Source: an uncultured virus (IMG/VR IMGVR_UViG_3300010346_002895) (Duplodnaviria; Heunggongvirae; Uroviricota; Caudoviricetes). Taken from it: a stretch of DNA of 64,000 nt. The stretch lies in the IMG/VR virus record IMGVR_UViG_3300010346_002895, one strand, 5' to 3'. The notes below the pieces were generated by a model. The model was not told the DNA's origin. It saw nothing but the letters and a program-made list of their open reading frames with translations, and searched no databases. Below are positions 20,696-30,888 of the stretch, piece by piece (position 1 is the first letter of the stretch; the number at the start of each line of letters is the position of its first letter). A program made the translations under genes and the position numbers.

Positions 20696-21622
20696 TCATA
20701 AGGTTTCCATCGCCTGTTGAAGTTCCTCGGACGGCACGTGGGCGTAGATGGTCGTCGTCGAGATGTGCCGGTGGCCGAGACTCTGCTGCACCAGCGCGAG
20801 ATTCCCGGTGCGCTCGAGCAGACTGGTTGCGAACGTGTGGCGCAGACCGTGGACGGAGATGTTCTTCCCGATGCCCGCGGCGGCAAGCCACTCATCGAAC
20901 GAGCGCTGCACTTGCCGGACGGACACGCGGCGGCCCTGATTGCTGACGAACAGCGCGCGAGTCTCGACCGGCGTCTTCCGGCGGGCTTTCAGGTATGGTT
21001 CGAGCGCGCGGCGGGCATGGACGTTCAGAAACCGCATCGCGGTGTGGCCGCCCTTGACCCGGATGGTGATGCGGCGCTCCGGCAGGTTCACGTCATCGAT
21101 ATCAAGTCCGACCAGCTCGGACACGCGAATGCCGGTGTTGAGAAAGAGGCTGACGATGGCAAAGTCCCGGAAGGCTTTCTTCCCCCTCGTATTCGAGATG
21201 GCCTTGAGCAGTCTCTTTTTCTCGACATCGGTGAGCGTCTCCGGCGCGGGGCGATAGACGTGACGGATGCGGATGCCGGAGGCGGGATTGGACGGAACAT
21301 GACCGGACGCGGCGAGCCAGTTAAAGAAGGACTTCACCGAGGTCTTTACCTTGTTGACGGTGCATTCACTCTTAAGGCCGCCGTCCGGCTTTCGCGTCAC
21401 CTCTTCGGACACGAGGAACTCGTTCAACATATCCGGCGTGACTCCGGAGACCTCAGGGCAGTGGAGACGGTTCTCAATGAACCGCTCCAACTGCCCGAGG
21501 TCACGGAGGTAGGAAGCGACCGTGTGCGGCGAGCGCCCGTCGGCCCTCAGCTTCGTCTCGAACAGGTCAATCGCCCTGCGCGGCGTCAGCGGCGGGTTCG
21601 GAGTCACCGGTGCCGTTTCCAT
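20696..21622 (-). CDS. XerC/D-like tyrosine recombinase
   Basis: TGIRVSEL, HGLRHTFAT, LGHRHISTTTIY: full canonical catalytic set. Confidence 0.92.
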   Translation of the reverse strand: METAPVTPNPPLTPRRAIDLFETKLRADGRSPHTVASYLRDLGQLERFIENRLHCPEVSGVTPDMLNEFLVSEEVTRKPDGGLKSECTVNKVKTSVKSFFNWLAASGHVPSNPASGIRIRHVYRPAPETLTDVEKKRLLKAISNTRGKKAFRDFAIVSLFLNTGIRVSELVGLDIDDVNLPERRITIRVKGGHTAMRFLNVHARRALEPYLKARRKTPVETRALFVSNQGRRVSVRQVQRSFDEWLAAAGIGKNISVHGLRHTFATSLLERTGNLALVQQSLGHRHISTTTIYAHVPSEELQQAMETL

Positions 21623-21980
21623 TCCGTTCGCGTCCTTTCTTCATTTCAGCCTTCGGAAGCGGGATGTCCGCGAGGAATCCCTTCTCGTGCGCCCAGACGA
21701 GCATCATGCGCGTGACTCTCTTGTTCTGGACTATCGTTATAGGGCTCTTCTCGACGCCGCTCGGCTTTTTGAGGAATGCGTCGGACTTGAAAAATGTGCC
21801 GATGGTCGCCGGGGTGAGTTTGCCGAGCGGTTTGTCCGCGCCGAAATAAGAGCTGACATTCTCGAGGCACCGGCCATAGACCTCGACCGTGCGCTCGTTC
21901 TTGCCCTCGTCCTTCAGGTGCTGAAGAAACGCGGGGATTGCTTTCTCAAACGTGATTTCCTTTGCTTTCTTTGTCGCCAT
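21567..21980 (-). CDS. Stand-alone integrase N-terminal SAM-like (core-binding) domain protein
   Basis: 'AIPAFLQHLKDEGKNERTVEVYGRCL...FLKKPSG' parallels the N-terminus of the neighbouring recombinase; no catalytic domain. Confidence 0.7.
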   Translation of the reverse strand: MATKKAKEITFEKAIPAFLQHLKDEGKNERTVEVYGRCLENVSSYFGADKPLGKLTPATIGTFFKSDAFLKKPSGVEKSPITIVQNKRVTRMMLVWAHEKGFLADIPLPKAEMKKGRERNGNGTGDSEPAADAAQGD

Positions 21981-22248
21981 GATTATGGCCTCCTTTTTCT
22001 TTCAGAAGATTTACGAGACCCTCGATCTGGCCGGGGGCCAGCCGGGAGTAAAAATACGACCGCGTGTGGATGCTGCCGCGACCGCCGGAGTCATACCTGA
22101 AAGTGCGCTCGATGCGGATGCAGCGCTTGAGGAACTTAAATCGGTATTTGCCACCGACTGTGTAATGCCCCCAGCGATCTGGATGAAGCCCGAGGCGGCG
22201 CATCTCCTCCCGCGCGGTTTCGATGGTTGGTTTAGGCATGGTTTTCAC
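21946..22248 (-). CDS. Hypothetical protein
   Basis: First gene of the minus-strand cassette, AGGAGAGAGG RBS. Confidence 0.55.
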   Translation of the reverse strand: MKTMPKPTIETAREEMRRLGLHPDRWGHYTVGGKYRFKFLKRCIRIERTFRYDSGGRGSIHTRSYFYSRLAPGQIEGLVNLLKEKGGHNHGDKESKGNHV

Positions 22249-22307
22249 CTCCTCTCTCCTGTGTCTGCGCCGTCCGCCGGGAGACGGGATGTCCCGCGGC
22301 AGTCATC

Positions 22308-22336
22308 ATTAAGCAGTGCGGTTCCGGGGAAGCCAA
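22308..22336 (-). promoter_or_regulatory. Putative sigma70-like promoter of the recombinase cassette
   Basis: TTGGCT-N17-CTTAAT on the minus strand; same layout as 62235-62263. Confidence 0.5.
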
Positions 22337-22459
22337 GCCAATTTCAGAAAAAGATTTCAAAAAACATGAAAGCGGATTTTTAAAGAGAAAAGAGAGAATC
22401 CGGCCGATTGCGGGAAAGCGGTTTGTCCCGCGACGGGGGCCGGGATTTCCGGGGATAAA

Positions 22460-23998
22460 TTGGAAAAACAGGAAGCACCATACAACCGCCGCGCCGTCGC
22501 GCGAGTCCTGCGCAGCCCGCGGCAGTGGGGCGAGCGCTATCTTCGCAACCGCGACGACAGCGCTCGCCGCTACTGGCCGCACCAGGCGGACGATCTCGAA
22601 TGCGACGCGAGAAACATTATTCACCTTGATGGAAGAAGCGTGGGGAAAAGCGTGTGTCTGGCCACTCTCGCGCTTCATAAGGCTTTCGTCAGGGGCGGCA
22701 ATTCCGTGCTGGTGGCCGCGCCGCATCAGGGCCCGCTCGACACCATCATCGAGGAAGTGGAGTTCCAGATCGAAAGCAATCCCGACCTTCAGGCGAGCAT
22801 CGCGGTCAACGCCCAGAAGCGCCAGAAGATCATCCGCAAGCCCTACTTCAAAATCGAGTACACGAACGGCTCGATCCTCTATTTCCGGCCCGCGGGGGCA
22901 TACGGCGATCCGTTCCGTTCGCTCCACGTCGATCTGATACTCGTTGACGAGGGCGCCTGGCTCACGGAGAAGGCGTGGAAGGCGTTGTGGTCGTGTCTGA
23001 ACGCCGGTGGCCGCATGAGGGTTTATTCCACGCCGAGCGGGCTGCGCGGCACGACCTATTACCGGCTGACGCATTCAAAGAAATGGAAGGTTTTCAGGTG
23101 GCCGTCGTGGCTCAACCCGAACTGGGACGAGGCGCAGGAGGAAGACGCGCTGGAGAAACACGGCGGGCGGGACACGGCGGGATGGCAGCACGAGGTCGCG
23201 GGCGAACATGGCAGGCCGAGCTACGGCGCGTTCAACCTCGAGCACCTCACGATGTGCAGGCTGGATATCCCCGAATATGAATGCGTTGAAATCACCGGAG
23301 ATGAACTGAAGGACTGCATGACCGAGGAAGCGGTCGCCGACCGAATCGATATGCTTCTCAATCTCGCGCCCGCGGAGGGGCTGTTTTATATCGGGTCGGA
23401 TACAGGCTACACAGCCGATCCGACCGAAATCGTGGTCTTCAGGGAGACAACGGAAAATGAAAAATTCGCGCTTCGTCTTGTTCGCCGCATTCACATGGAG
23501 CATGTGGCCTATCCTTATATTGCCCAGACCCTCGCTCTTCTGGATCGTTACTACAATCCCGCCGGGATTGGCGTAGACGCGGGCGGCAACGGGCTGTCGG
23601 TCGTGCAGGAACTGACCTCGCTCGATAAATACAGGGAGCTCAATCTCGCGCCCCGCCTGCGCGGGTACAACTTCGGAAGCTCGGTCGTAATCGGTGAAAG
23701 CGAGGACGGGCGGTCGATTAAAAAGCAATGCAAGGAATACATGACGAGCCTGATCAACAAGGGACTCCAGGCACGGCAACTGATCCTGCCGGTTCAGGAC
23801 GTCGAGATCGAAAGCCAGTTCACGACCCACACTTATTCACTGAAGACGGGAAATGTCATTTATTCAAAAGGCAATGACCATTGTATTGACGCCGTGCGCG
23901 TCGCCCTGATGATCAGGGAACAGGAACGGCTCGACGGGATCGGCGGTGTCGTGGGCGATCTGCCGATGCCCGTCATGACCAACCCGATATTCGTTTGA
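22460..23998 (+). CDS. terL: Terminase large subunit
   Basis: GRSVGKS Walker A, LVDEG Walker B, YSTP, RNase H-like GSDTG and NDHCIDAVR. Confidence 0.9.
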   Translation: MEKQEAPYNRRAVARVLRSPRQWGERYLRNRDDSARRYWPHQADDLECDARNIIHLDGRSVGKSVCLATLALHKAFVRGGNSVLVAAPHQGPLDTIIEEVEFQIESNPDLQASIAVNAQKRQKIIRKPYFKIEYTNGSILYFRPAGAYGDPFRSLHVDLILVDEGAWLTEKAWKALWSCLNAGGRMRVYSTPSGLRGTTYYRLTHSKKWKVFRWPSWLNPNWDEAQEEDALEKHGGRDTAGWQHEVAGEHGRPSYGAFNLEHLTMCRLDIPEYECVEITGDELKDCMTEEAVADRIDMLLNLAPAEGLFYIGSDTGYTADPTEIVVFRETTENEKFALRLVRRIHMEHVAYPYIAQTLALLDRYYNPAGIGVDAGGNGLSVVQELTSLDKYRELNLAPRLRGYNFGSSVVIGESEDGRSIKKQCKEYMTSLINKGLQARQLILPVQDVEIESQFTTHTYSLKTGNVIYSKGNDHCIDAVRVALMIREQERLDGIGGVVGDLPMPVMTNPIFV

Positions 23999-24010
23999 AA
24001 GGCAAACCGA

Positions 24011-24343
24011 ATGACCGATCAGGAAATCATAAAGGAAACTATGGCGGGCATCACTCAGCTCTTGCTGCGCAAGAACCGCGACTACGGCAGCAGCTTCCGA
24101 AAGCCGGGCATTGTTTCCGGCGCGCTGGATGCGAAATCAAAACTGCTCGTGCGCATCGACGACAAGCTCGAGCGGCTCGCCAACCTGCTGGCGAAAGGCA
24201 CGGACGGCGATGTCGCGGACGAGAGCGTTTCCGACACGGTGTCCGACCTGATCGGTTATTTCGTTCTCTTAAAAGTCCTTCTCGACGAGGATCGCCGCAG
24301 CGGCAGGCCGATGAGTGTGCTCGAAGCCGAGCAAAGAGCGTAG
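24011..24343 (+). CDS. DUF1599 / nucleotide-modification-associated domain protein
   Basis: KNRDYG...RIDDKLERL...ESVSDTVSDLIGY. Confidence 0.75.
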   Translation: MTDQEIIKETMAGITQLLLRKNRDYGSSFRKPGIVSGALDAKSKLLVRIDDKLERLANLLAKGTDGDVADESVSDTVSDLIGYFVLLKVLLDEDRRSGRPMSVLEAEQRA

Positions 24344-24368
24344 CGTTCTAAATGAAGCGGAGGCAACG

Positions 24369-25895
24369 ATGGATTTAAAAACGACCGGGAAAAGCAGACT
24401 GCCCTGGCACTGGAGCCGGATAAACGGGGTGCTCAGGACTGAAAGCGACATGGGAACCGCCGCGGAGGTGAACTCCTCCGCGTTCGGCGATCAGCTCGTG
24501 AGCGACGCCATCCCCAAAACGTGGGAGGAGCGCGCCGTGAAGGCATGGCAGTATTACGTCGAGGAACCCATCGTTCAGAACGCGATCAACTCATGGCGCA
24601 CGTTCGCCATCGGCGATGAAATCCAGTTCAACTGCGACGACGAGGACGTGAAGTGGGAAGTCCGGGATTTCGCCGAGCGGGTGGAACTCAACAAACTCAT
24701 CAAGGACAGCGTTCTCCAGTGTCTCGTGAAAGGTGAGACGATATGTTTCAAACGCCCCGCAAAGGACGGCAAGGACATCGAGGAAGTCGTCTGCGTCAAC
24801 CCTATCAGCGTGAAACTGCGCCACGAGAACGGGAAACTCGTCGAGGCGACACAGACCCCTGAAACCGGCGAACCGATAGACCTGCCGCTCGATCAACTGC
24901 TCCACATCAAGTGGAACGCGCCGTCCTACTCCGCGCGGGGCAACTCGATGGTCGTCACGGCGTTCGAGTCCGTCGAGCTTCTCCGCGATTACCGTAAGGC
25001 CGAGCGCGCCGTCGCCAAGCGGTGGACGACCCCGCTCCGCTTCATCCAGGTGGGTGGGCAGTTTGGGCAAAAAACCATCATTCCCGACCAGAAAACCCTG
25101 AACAGTGTGCGCGACATGCTGAACCGGATGGATTTGAAGGCCGGGCTTGTCGTGCCGTTTTATGTGAAGGCGGAAACATACGGCACCGAGGGACAGGTAC
25201 TCGACACGGAAAAGAAGATCAAGGAGATCAAAGAGGACATCATCATCGCGCTCGGCCTTGCGAAGTCGCTCATCACCGGCGACGGCCCGAACTTTGCAAC
25301 CGCCGCCATCGGCATGCAGAAGATGGTCATCATGCTGAAGGAGATCAAGCAGGTCGCGCGGAACATTTTGAACTGGATCATCTGGGACTGGCAAAAACTG
25401 CACGGGTATGAGGAAAAAAGCATCAATTACATCTTCAACGATCTCGACCTCACGAACGAGGTGGACATCAAAAAGCTTTACATCGAACTTTTTGACCGGA
25501 AACTCATTTCCCGAAACAGCCTCCAGATCAAGATGGACCTGAATCCGGAAGTCGAAGATTCCCACACGGAAACGGAATCAAAACAGCCAATCGATGTTAC
25601 CGATCCGAAGATCATCATCGACATGGTGAACTCCGGGATCATGTCCGTCGAGATCGCGCAAGAGAAGCTCGGCCTGGACAAACAGAAAAACCGCCCGGCG
25701 ACCGCGGACTGGAACTACAGGCCGCCGACGGCAACCGGGGATTTTGAATTCGATACGATCTGCGACGAGTGCGAGTTTTTCGATGACGAAAACAACTGGT
25801 GCGACGCGCTGAACAGGGAAACCCGGTTCGATTCGCGGGCGTGCCGCTCTTTTGAAAAGAAACGAGACAAGGAAGCGTGTAAATGCGGGCAGTAG
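24369..25895 (+). CDS. Portal protein
   Basis: Position after terL, ~500 aa, GGAGG RBS; Cys-rich C-terminal extension. Confidence 0.8.
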   Translation: MDLKTTGKSRLPWHWSRINGVLRTESDMGTAAEVNSSAFGDQLVSDAIPKTWEERAVKAWQYYVEEPIVQNAINSWRTFAIGDEIQFNCDDEDVKWEVRDFAERVELNKLIKDSVLQCLVKGETICFKRPAKDGKDIEEVVCVNPISVKLRHENGKLVEATQTPETGEPIDLPLDQLLHIKWNAPSYSARGNSMVVTAFESVELLRDYRKAERAVAKRWTTPLRFIQVGGQFGQKTIIPDQKTLNSVRDMLNRMDLKAGLVVPFYVKAETYGTEGQVLDTEKKIKEIKEDIIIALGLAKSLITGDGPNFATAAIGMQKMVIMLKEIKQVARNILNWIIWDWQKLHGYEEKSINYIFNDLDLTNEVDIKKLYIELFDRKLISRNSLQIKMDLNPEVEDSHTETESKQPIDVTDPKIIIDMVNSGIMSVEIAQEKLGLDKQKNRPATADWNYRPPTATGDFEFDTICDECEFFDDENNWCDALNRETRFDSRACRSFEKKRDKEACKCGQ

Positions 25896-28800
25896 CCGTA
25901 GAAAAAACTCTCCGTGACCGGATAATCGAGGCCACCGCGGTCTCGCTCCATAACCGTGATCTTTACACGGAGCAGACGGTGGCGCGCGTCACCGACTCGC
26001 TTCAGCGCGCCGAGAAAGACGTCAAGGCGAGTCTGCTTTACTATGCGAATCTCGGTTCCCTGCCCGAGGGCAAGGCGATCAATCAGGCGTCGCTCCGGAA
26101 ACTTCAGCAGCAGATCAGGGAACACATCCGCGTCGTCCGGGACGAGCATTCCCTGATTATGAAAACCGCTGTCAAAGACAGCTATAAGGCGGGCATCCAC
26201 AACGGCATCGGCGACCTCGTCCGGGCAAAAATGCCGTTTTACCGCGACCTCACGCCGGACGGTATCAAACAGTGCGGCAGCAACATCTTCACGCTGATCG
26301 ATAAGGACGCGCTGGATTTCATGGTGAATTACAACGTCCAGCTTGCCGGGGATGTTTCCCGCGAGTTGACCGATGGGATCAACCGCGCCATCCAGACCGG
26401 CATCGCCTCCGGCCGGAGCGTCCCGGAGATCGCGAAAGACATCGGGCGCGTCGTGCGCGATCCGGAGGAGTTCCGAAAGGCCGGAAAGACTGTCTTCAAA
26501 ACGGCGCAGCACAGGATGGAACTCATCGCCCGGACGGAAACGCTCCGGGCGCACAATCAAGGGCACCTGAAATTCTATCAGACCGTCGGCGTACAGAAGG
26601 CGGAATGGATAACGGCGGGCGACGAGAGGATGTGTCGGGAATGTTCCGCGCTAGACGGAAAGTTGTTCCCGGTTGATAAATTCCCCAATCAGCCACTTCA
26701 TCCGGCCTGTCGCTGTTCTTCAGTTGTAGCGTATCCCGTCGAGATATGCGGCGCGAAAAATCTCGGCGCCACCGCCGCGCCCGCCGAAGCCGCCTGCATC
26801 CTGCCGCCCCAGGCCATCGAGGAGATGGCGAAGGAAAAACAGTCCGAGGCGATAAAGATCGGGCAGTACATCGCAAATGGCGAATGGAGCAAGCTCACAA
26901 TCAAGCAGCTTCAGGATAAGGCAAAGGCGGGCGGCATCTCCATTGCCCGGACAAAAGCCGACTTCCTCGGCATCCTCAAACAAAAAACCGGAACCGACTT
27001 CTCGCATCTGGGCGGCACGGAACTCAAATCTCTTCTTAAAGAATACAAAATCGCCGCGCTCCGAAGCAAAGATGAACTCATTGACCTTCTGAAAGCGAAA
27101 GCAAAACATGAAGAGATACCGGATTTCGGGTCCATGCCGGTATCGAAACTCAATGAGCTGGCGAAGGAAAAAGGAATCTCCCTCAATCTCACGAAGCAGG
27201 AAGTTATCGACATCCTCGATGTGCTTGAGCCCGGCGTGGATCACGGCGCCCTGTCCGGCCAGAGCCTCATCGAGGCGAAAACGAAATTCAATCTTCCGAT
27301 CCTCAAAACAAAGGAACAACTCGTAAAAGCGCTTGAGAATAATTTCAAAGAGGAACTCGGAAAGAAGGTCACCAAGGAAGCCGTCGTTCAGGTCGCAGAG
27401 GAAACAATAAAAAAGGAAAAAGAAGAAATCATTTCCCTGCTGGATGCCGTGAAAGTTTCCGCAGACCCGAAGGATTACAAAGCAGTTCTGACCGCGATAA
27501 AGGACGCCGAAACGCTCCTCGGCAAGGAAGGACTGTCGGTCGGGGACGATTATCTGAAGGGAAAAGCCGCCGACCTCGCAAAAAAGAAAGCCGAATTCAA
27601 AGCGAAGATTGAGTCGATGTCCGCGAAAGACCTGAAAGACCTCGCCAAGCAGAGCAAGGTGACAAAGTGGCAATGGGGCAGCAAGCAGGAATTCATCACG
27701 CTTTTCACCGAGACGGACGACGCGGCGATAAAGGCGGCGAAGGACAGCATCGAGGCCAAGTGGGCGAAATGGGCCGAGAAATACGGCAAGAAAACCGCCG
27801 GCGTGCCCGCGGCGAAGCCCGTTCCGAAGCCCACGCCGAAACCGGCTCCTGCGGCCGTTCTTGAGAAACCGCACGCGGATGTTGCCACCGGCTTTGCAAA
27901 AGTGGACACCGACTGGGATGCGCTCGACAAGGGAAAGGCATTCAAGTATTCGCGGGACGCGAAATCCCTCGGGGGCGCGCATGAAAAATACATCTACGTG
28001 GACGAGCGGGGCGACGAGTGGCTTTTCAAACCGACCGATAAGTTCATCGCGCAGGGCGAAGAGATGGCCTACCATGTCGCGCGGCTCGTTGATCCAGACG
28101 CCGTCGAGGTTCGCTTCATCGAGATTGACGGTCGCGCCGGTTCCATCCAGCGGCTGGTGAAAAACGTCAAATCCGAGGCGTCGTTCCGCGACATCCCCAT
28201 CGGGAAGCTGTCTTCTTCCGAAATCGAGGCCGTGCAGCGCGAGCACATCATCGACTGGCTTATTTCCAACCACGACGCGCACGCCAAGCAGTTTGTCCGC
28301 GCCGCGGACGGACGGGTTCTTGGAATTGATAAAGGCCAGACGTTCAAATTTCTCGGCAAAGACAATCTGTCCGTTGCTTACCATCCGAACTCGATGGAGG
28401 CCGAGCCGATCTACAACACGCTGTTCCGGGCATATAAAGACGGCGGGATCGACATTGATTTCAACGCCGCTTTCAAATACATCCGGCGCGTCGAGCAGAT
28501 ACCGGATTCGGAATACCTTGAAATTATCCGTCCTTATGTCGAGGGACGGTTCGGCGCGAAAGCGAGCGCGGCGAAGGATGAGTTTTACCGGCTGGCACTG
28601 GAACGGAAAAACAACATCCGCCGCGACTTCGAGAAATTTTATGACGATCTGCACAAGGCGCGGTTCAAAGCCGAGTTCCGGTTCGGCGATGATGTCAAAA
28701 CCGTCCGGAAATTATCGAAGGAAGATGAAATGATCCTGCGCGAGGCGCACGAGATGAAAGCCCAGGGGAAAGCCATGCGCCTCGACGTTGACGACATCGA

Positions 28801-30412
28801 GGATCAGAACGCGCTCGTTTTCACGCAGAAGAATCTTCAGGGCAAAGAAGAAACTGTCATCCAGTTCAAGCTGCGACCGGATTCAGAAAAGAAGCTCCTT
28901 GACGCCCTCGGCGAAAAAGGCTCGGCCATGAAAGGCCTGTCCCCCGGCGAAACGCTGCCCGATGACACCTTTTACGACAAAATCCTCGCGGGCGCGAAGA
29001 CCGTCAACCACCACGTGGACGCGGGCGATTTTGCGTACAACCAGGACAAGCTGGATGAAATCAGAAAGATCATCCCCGATCTTGAAAAGCTGGCGAAGTC
29101 CGGCAAGACGGCGTCCATTCGGGACATGGCCGAGGAATATAGGAAGGCGTGCGAGGCCGTGCTGGATGCGGCGAACAATAACAAAAAGCTCGCCGGTAAA
29201 TTCGAGCAGTACACCGCGAAAAAACAACTCATTCAAAAAGAGGCGCTGCCGGAGCCGAAAAAAACGGGCTTCCGGTTCCAGAAAACGGATATCAGGATGG
29301 AACAGCGGCAGTGCCGTAACGGTGAAGTCCACGTCGTCAAATCAGACACCGACCTTAACACTATTTTCGGACGGGGTTCCGGTTTCAATCGCGGCGTGCA
29401 GTACCGCATCGAGTTGGACGATGGCGTGGTCATGGATTACCGCCCCTGGGACTCCGCGAACCCTTACGCGGTTCAGGGACAGGTGGAAATCCGCGTCACC
29501 GGCAAAATCGCCGATCCGGAAAAGTTCGAGTCTATTCTCGACCGTCTTGAACAACTCGGCGTCAATTCCGTGCCCGCAAGCGTGGAGGATGCCGAGATCA
29601 TGATGCTTTCCAAGCAGGCATATCTCCTGAAAAAAGACACGTCCCCGGCATGGAAAAAGATGATGCGGGAAATGGACTCCTCGAACGCGACAAAGGCCGA
29701 GCGCATCCAGGCAATGCGGAAGTTCTGGGCGGATGAACTCGGCGTCGACGACGTGACGAAGATACCGGGCTACGATCCGGTCGGAAATTACGAACTCGGT
29801 TTCAAAGACCCGACGCGCCGCGCGGGCTACCGGCACCAGATGCGTTTCGACATTACCGATGCTGATTTGGAGCGGGAACTCAAAGGGTTCGGGCTGTATC
29901 ACAACATCACGGACAGCGGGGACGTTGAAGACCTCGTGAAAACCGTGCTTGAAAACAATGGAAACATGGTCTCGACGGTCGAGAAAATCCGAATCGGCGT
30001 TAAACCCGGCGGCATGTCCCCCGTGAGCGACATGCGGACAGGCGGCGCGACATACTTTTTCACCAGAGTCCGCAAGCTGCCCGTATCCGGTCGTGGAAGC
30101 GCGGGGTTGTATTTCAAAAAACGGCTTTTGCGCCGAATGGATGCCATTACTTATGACCACGACGCATTCGGCAAAGTCATCGACGATTACGTCCGCAAAA
30201 AACGTCTTTCAAGCATTCAGGATTACAAGCGGCTGGCATCCGGCGGGCGCAGCGACGAGACGATTTTCAAATACACGGTGTCGCTCCCGGACGAGATTGA
30301 AGTCATCAAAACGAGCAACGCGGCGCAGCGCGCGAGGATCGTCGAGATGTTCAAAAAGCAAGGTTTCTCAAAACTGCCGGATGGCCGGAGGATAGAGGAC
30401 GTGGTGCTCTGA
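25883..30412 (+). CDS. MuF (SPP1 gp7-like) minor head protein with long C-terminal extension: helical repeats, HipA/PI3K-like kinase, ART-like domain
   Basis: LIARTET...WITAGDERMCRECSALDG...PLHPACRC; GGAHEK, WLFKP, NHDAH, GIDKG. Confidence 0.85.
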   Translation: MRAVAVEKTLRDRIIEATAVSLHNRDLYTEQTVARVTDSLQRAEKDVKASLLYYANLGSLPEGKAINQASLRKLQQQIREHIRVVRDEHSLIMKTAVKDSYKAGIHNGIGDLVRAKMPFYRDLTPDGIKQCGSNIFTLIDKDALDFMVNYNVQLAGDVSRELTDGINRAIQTGIASGRSVPEIAKDIGRVVRDPEEFRKAGKTVFKTAQHRMELIARTETLRAHNQGHLKFYQTVGVQKAEWITAGDERMCRECSALDGKLFPVDKFPNQPLHPACRCSSVVAYPVEICGAKNLGATAAPAEAACILPPQAIEEMAKEKQSEAIKIGQYIANGEWSKLTIKQLQDKAKAGGISIARTKADFLGILKQKTGTDFSHLGGTELKSLLKEYKIAALRSKDELIDLLKAKAKHEEIPDFGSMPVSKLNELAKEKGISLNLTKQEVIDILDVLEPGVDHGALSGQSLIEAKTKFNLPILKTKEQLVKALENNFKEELGKKVTKEAVVQVAEETIKKEKEEIISLLDAVKVSADPKDYKAVLTAIKDAETLLGKEGLSVGDDYLKGKAADLAKKKAEFKAKIESMSAKDLKDLAKQSKVTKWQWGSKQEFITLFTETDDAAIKAAKDSIEAKWAKWAEKYGKKTAGVPAAKPVPKPTPKPAPAAVLEKPHADVATGFAKVDTDWDALDKGKAFKYSRDAKSLGGAHEKYIYVDERGDEWLFKPTDKFIAQGEEMAYHVARLVDPDAVEVRFIEIDGRAGSIQRLVKNVKSEASFRDIPIGKLSSSEIEAVQREHIIDWLISNHDAHAKQFVRAADGRVLGIDKGQTFKFLGKDNLSVAYHPNSMEAEPIYNTLFRAYKDGGIDIDFNAAFKYIRRVEQIPDSEYLEIIRPYVEGRFGAKASAAKDEFYRLALERKNNIRRDFEKFYDDLHKARFKAEFRFGDDVKTVRKLSKEDEMILREAHEMKAQGKAMRLDVDDIEDQNALVFTQKNLQGKEETVIQFKLRPDSEKKLLDALGEKGSAMKGLSPGETLPDDTFYDKILAGAKTVNHHVDAGDFAYNQDKLDEIRKIIPDLEKLAKSGKTASIRDMAEEYRKACEAVLDAANNNKKLAGKFEQYTAKKQLIQKEALPEPKKTGFRFQKTDIRMEQRQCRNGEVHVVKSDTDLNTIFGRGSGFNRGVQYRIELDDGVVMDYRPWDSANPYAVQGQVEIRVTGKIADPEKFESILDRLEQLGVNSVPASVEDAEIMMLSKQAYLLKKDTSPAWKKMMREMDSSNATKAERIQAMRKFWADELGVDDVTKIPGYDPVGNYELGFKDPTRRAGYRHQMRFDITDADLERELKGFGLYHNITDSGDVEDLVKTVLENNGNMVSTVEKIRIGVKPGGMSPVSDMRTGGATYFFTRVRKLPVSGRGSAGLYFKKRLLRRMDAITYDHDAFGKVIDDYVRKKRLSSIQDYKRLASGGRSDETIFKYTVSLPDEIEVIKTSNAAQRARIVEMFKKQGFSKLPDGRRIEDVVL

Positions 30413-30888
30413 TGCAGCAGGAACTCGAAGCCGTGAAACAACAGATGCAGGGAAAAATAGACCGGATCACCGCGCCCGGGTCTGTGGTGTTTGTCGACCT
30501 CGGAGGCTCGGACTTTGTCCGCATCCTTGTGGATCGGTTCGATATCCTGTTCGCCCGGCCCGTCATCGCCGCGGACGGCGCCCTGGCCGGTCATTATTAC
30601 TGGGCCGTGTGTTTTGAGATGGGGTTCGATCAGGGCGGTCCGCAGCATGTCCGGTTATTCAAGATGGAGAACATCATGGAGGAGCGCCCCGACCTGTTCC
30701 TGTTCCGCGACCACCGGGGATATTCCTGTTTCATTGAATCCATCGACGTGATCGACGACGCGAAAAAAGCCGATTTCAAAATGTGGCGGGAGTATAGGGG
30801 GCAAAATCAGAAGGCTTTCGACCGGCTGTATCAGAATTTCACCACCGAGGCGATGGAAATGGCGCTGAACTACGAAAGGGATGTCTGA
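30412..30888 (+). CDS. Hypothetical protein, candidate immunity protein
   Basis: Translationally coupled (TGATG) to the MuF fusion. Confidence 0.65.
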   Translation: MQQELEAVKQQMQGKIDRITAPGSVVFVDLGGSDFVRILVDRFDILFARPVIAADGALAGHYYWAVCFEMGFDQGGPQHVRLFKMENIMEERPDLFLFRDHRGYSCFIESIDVIDDAKKADFKMWREYRGQNQKAFDRLYQNFTTEAMEMALNYERDV

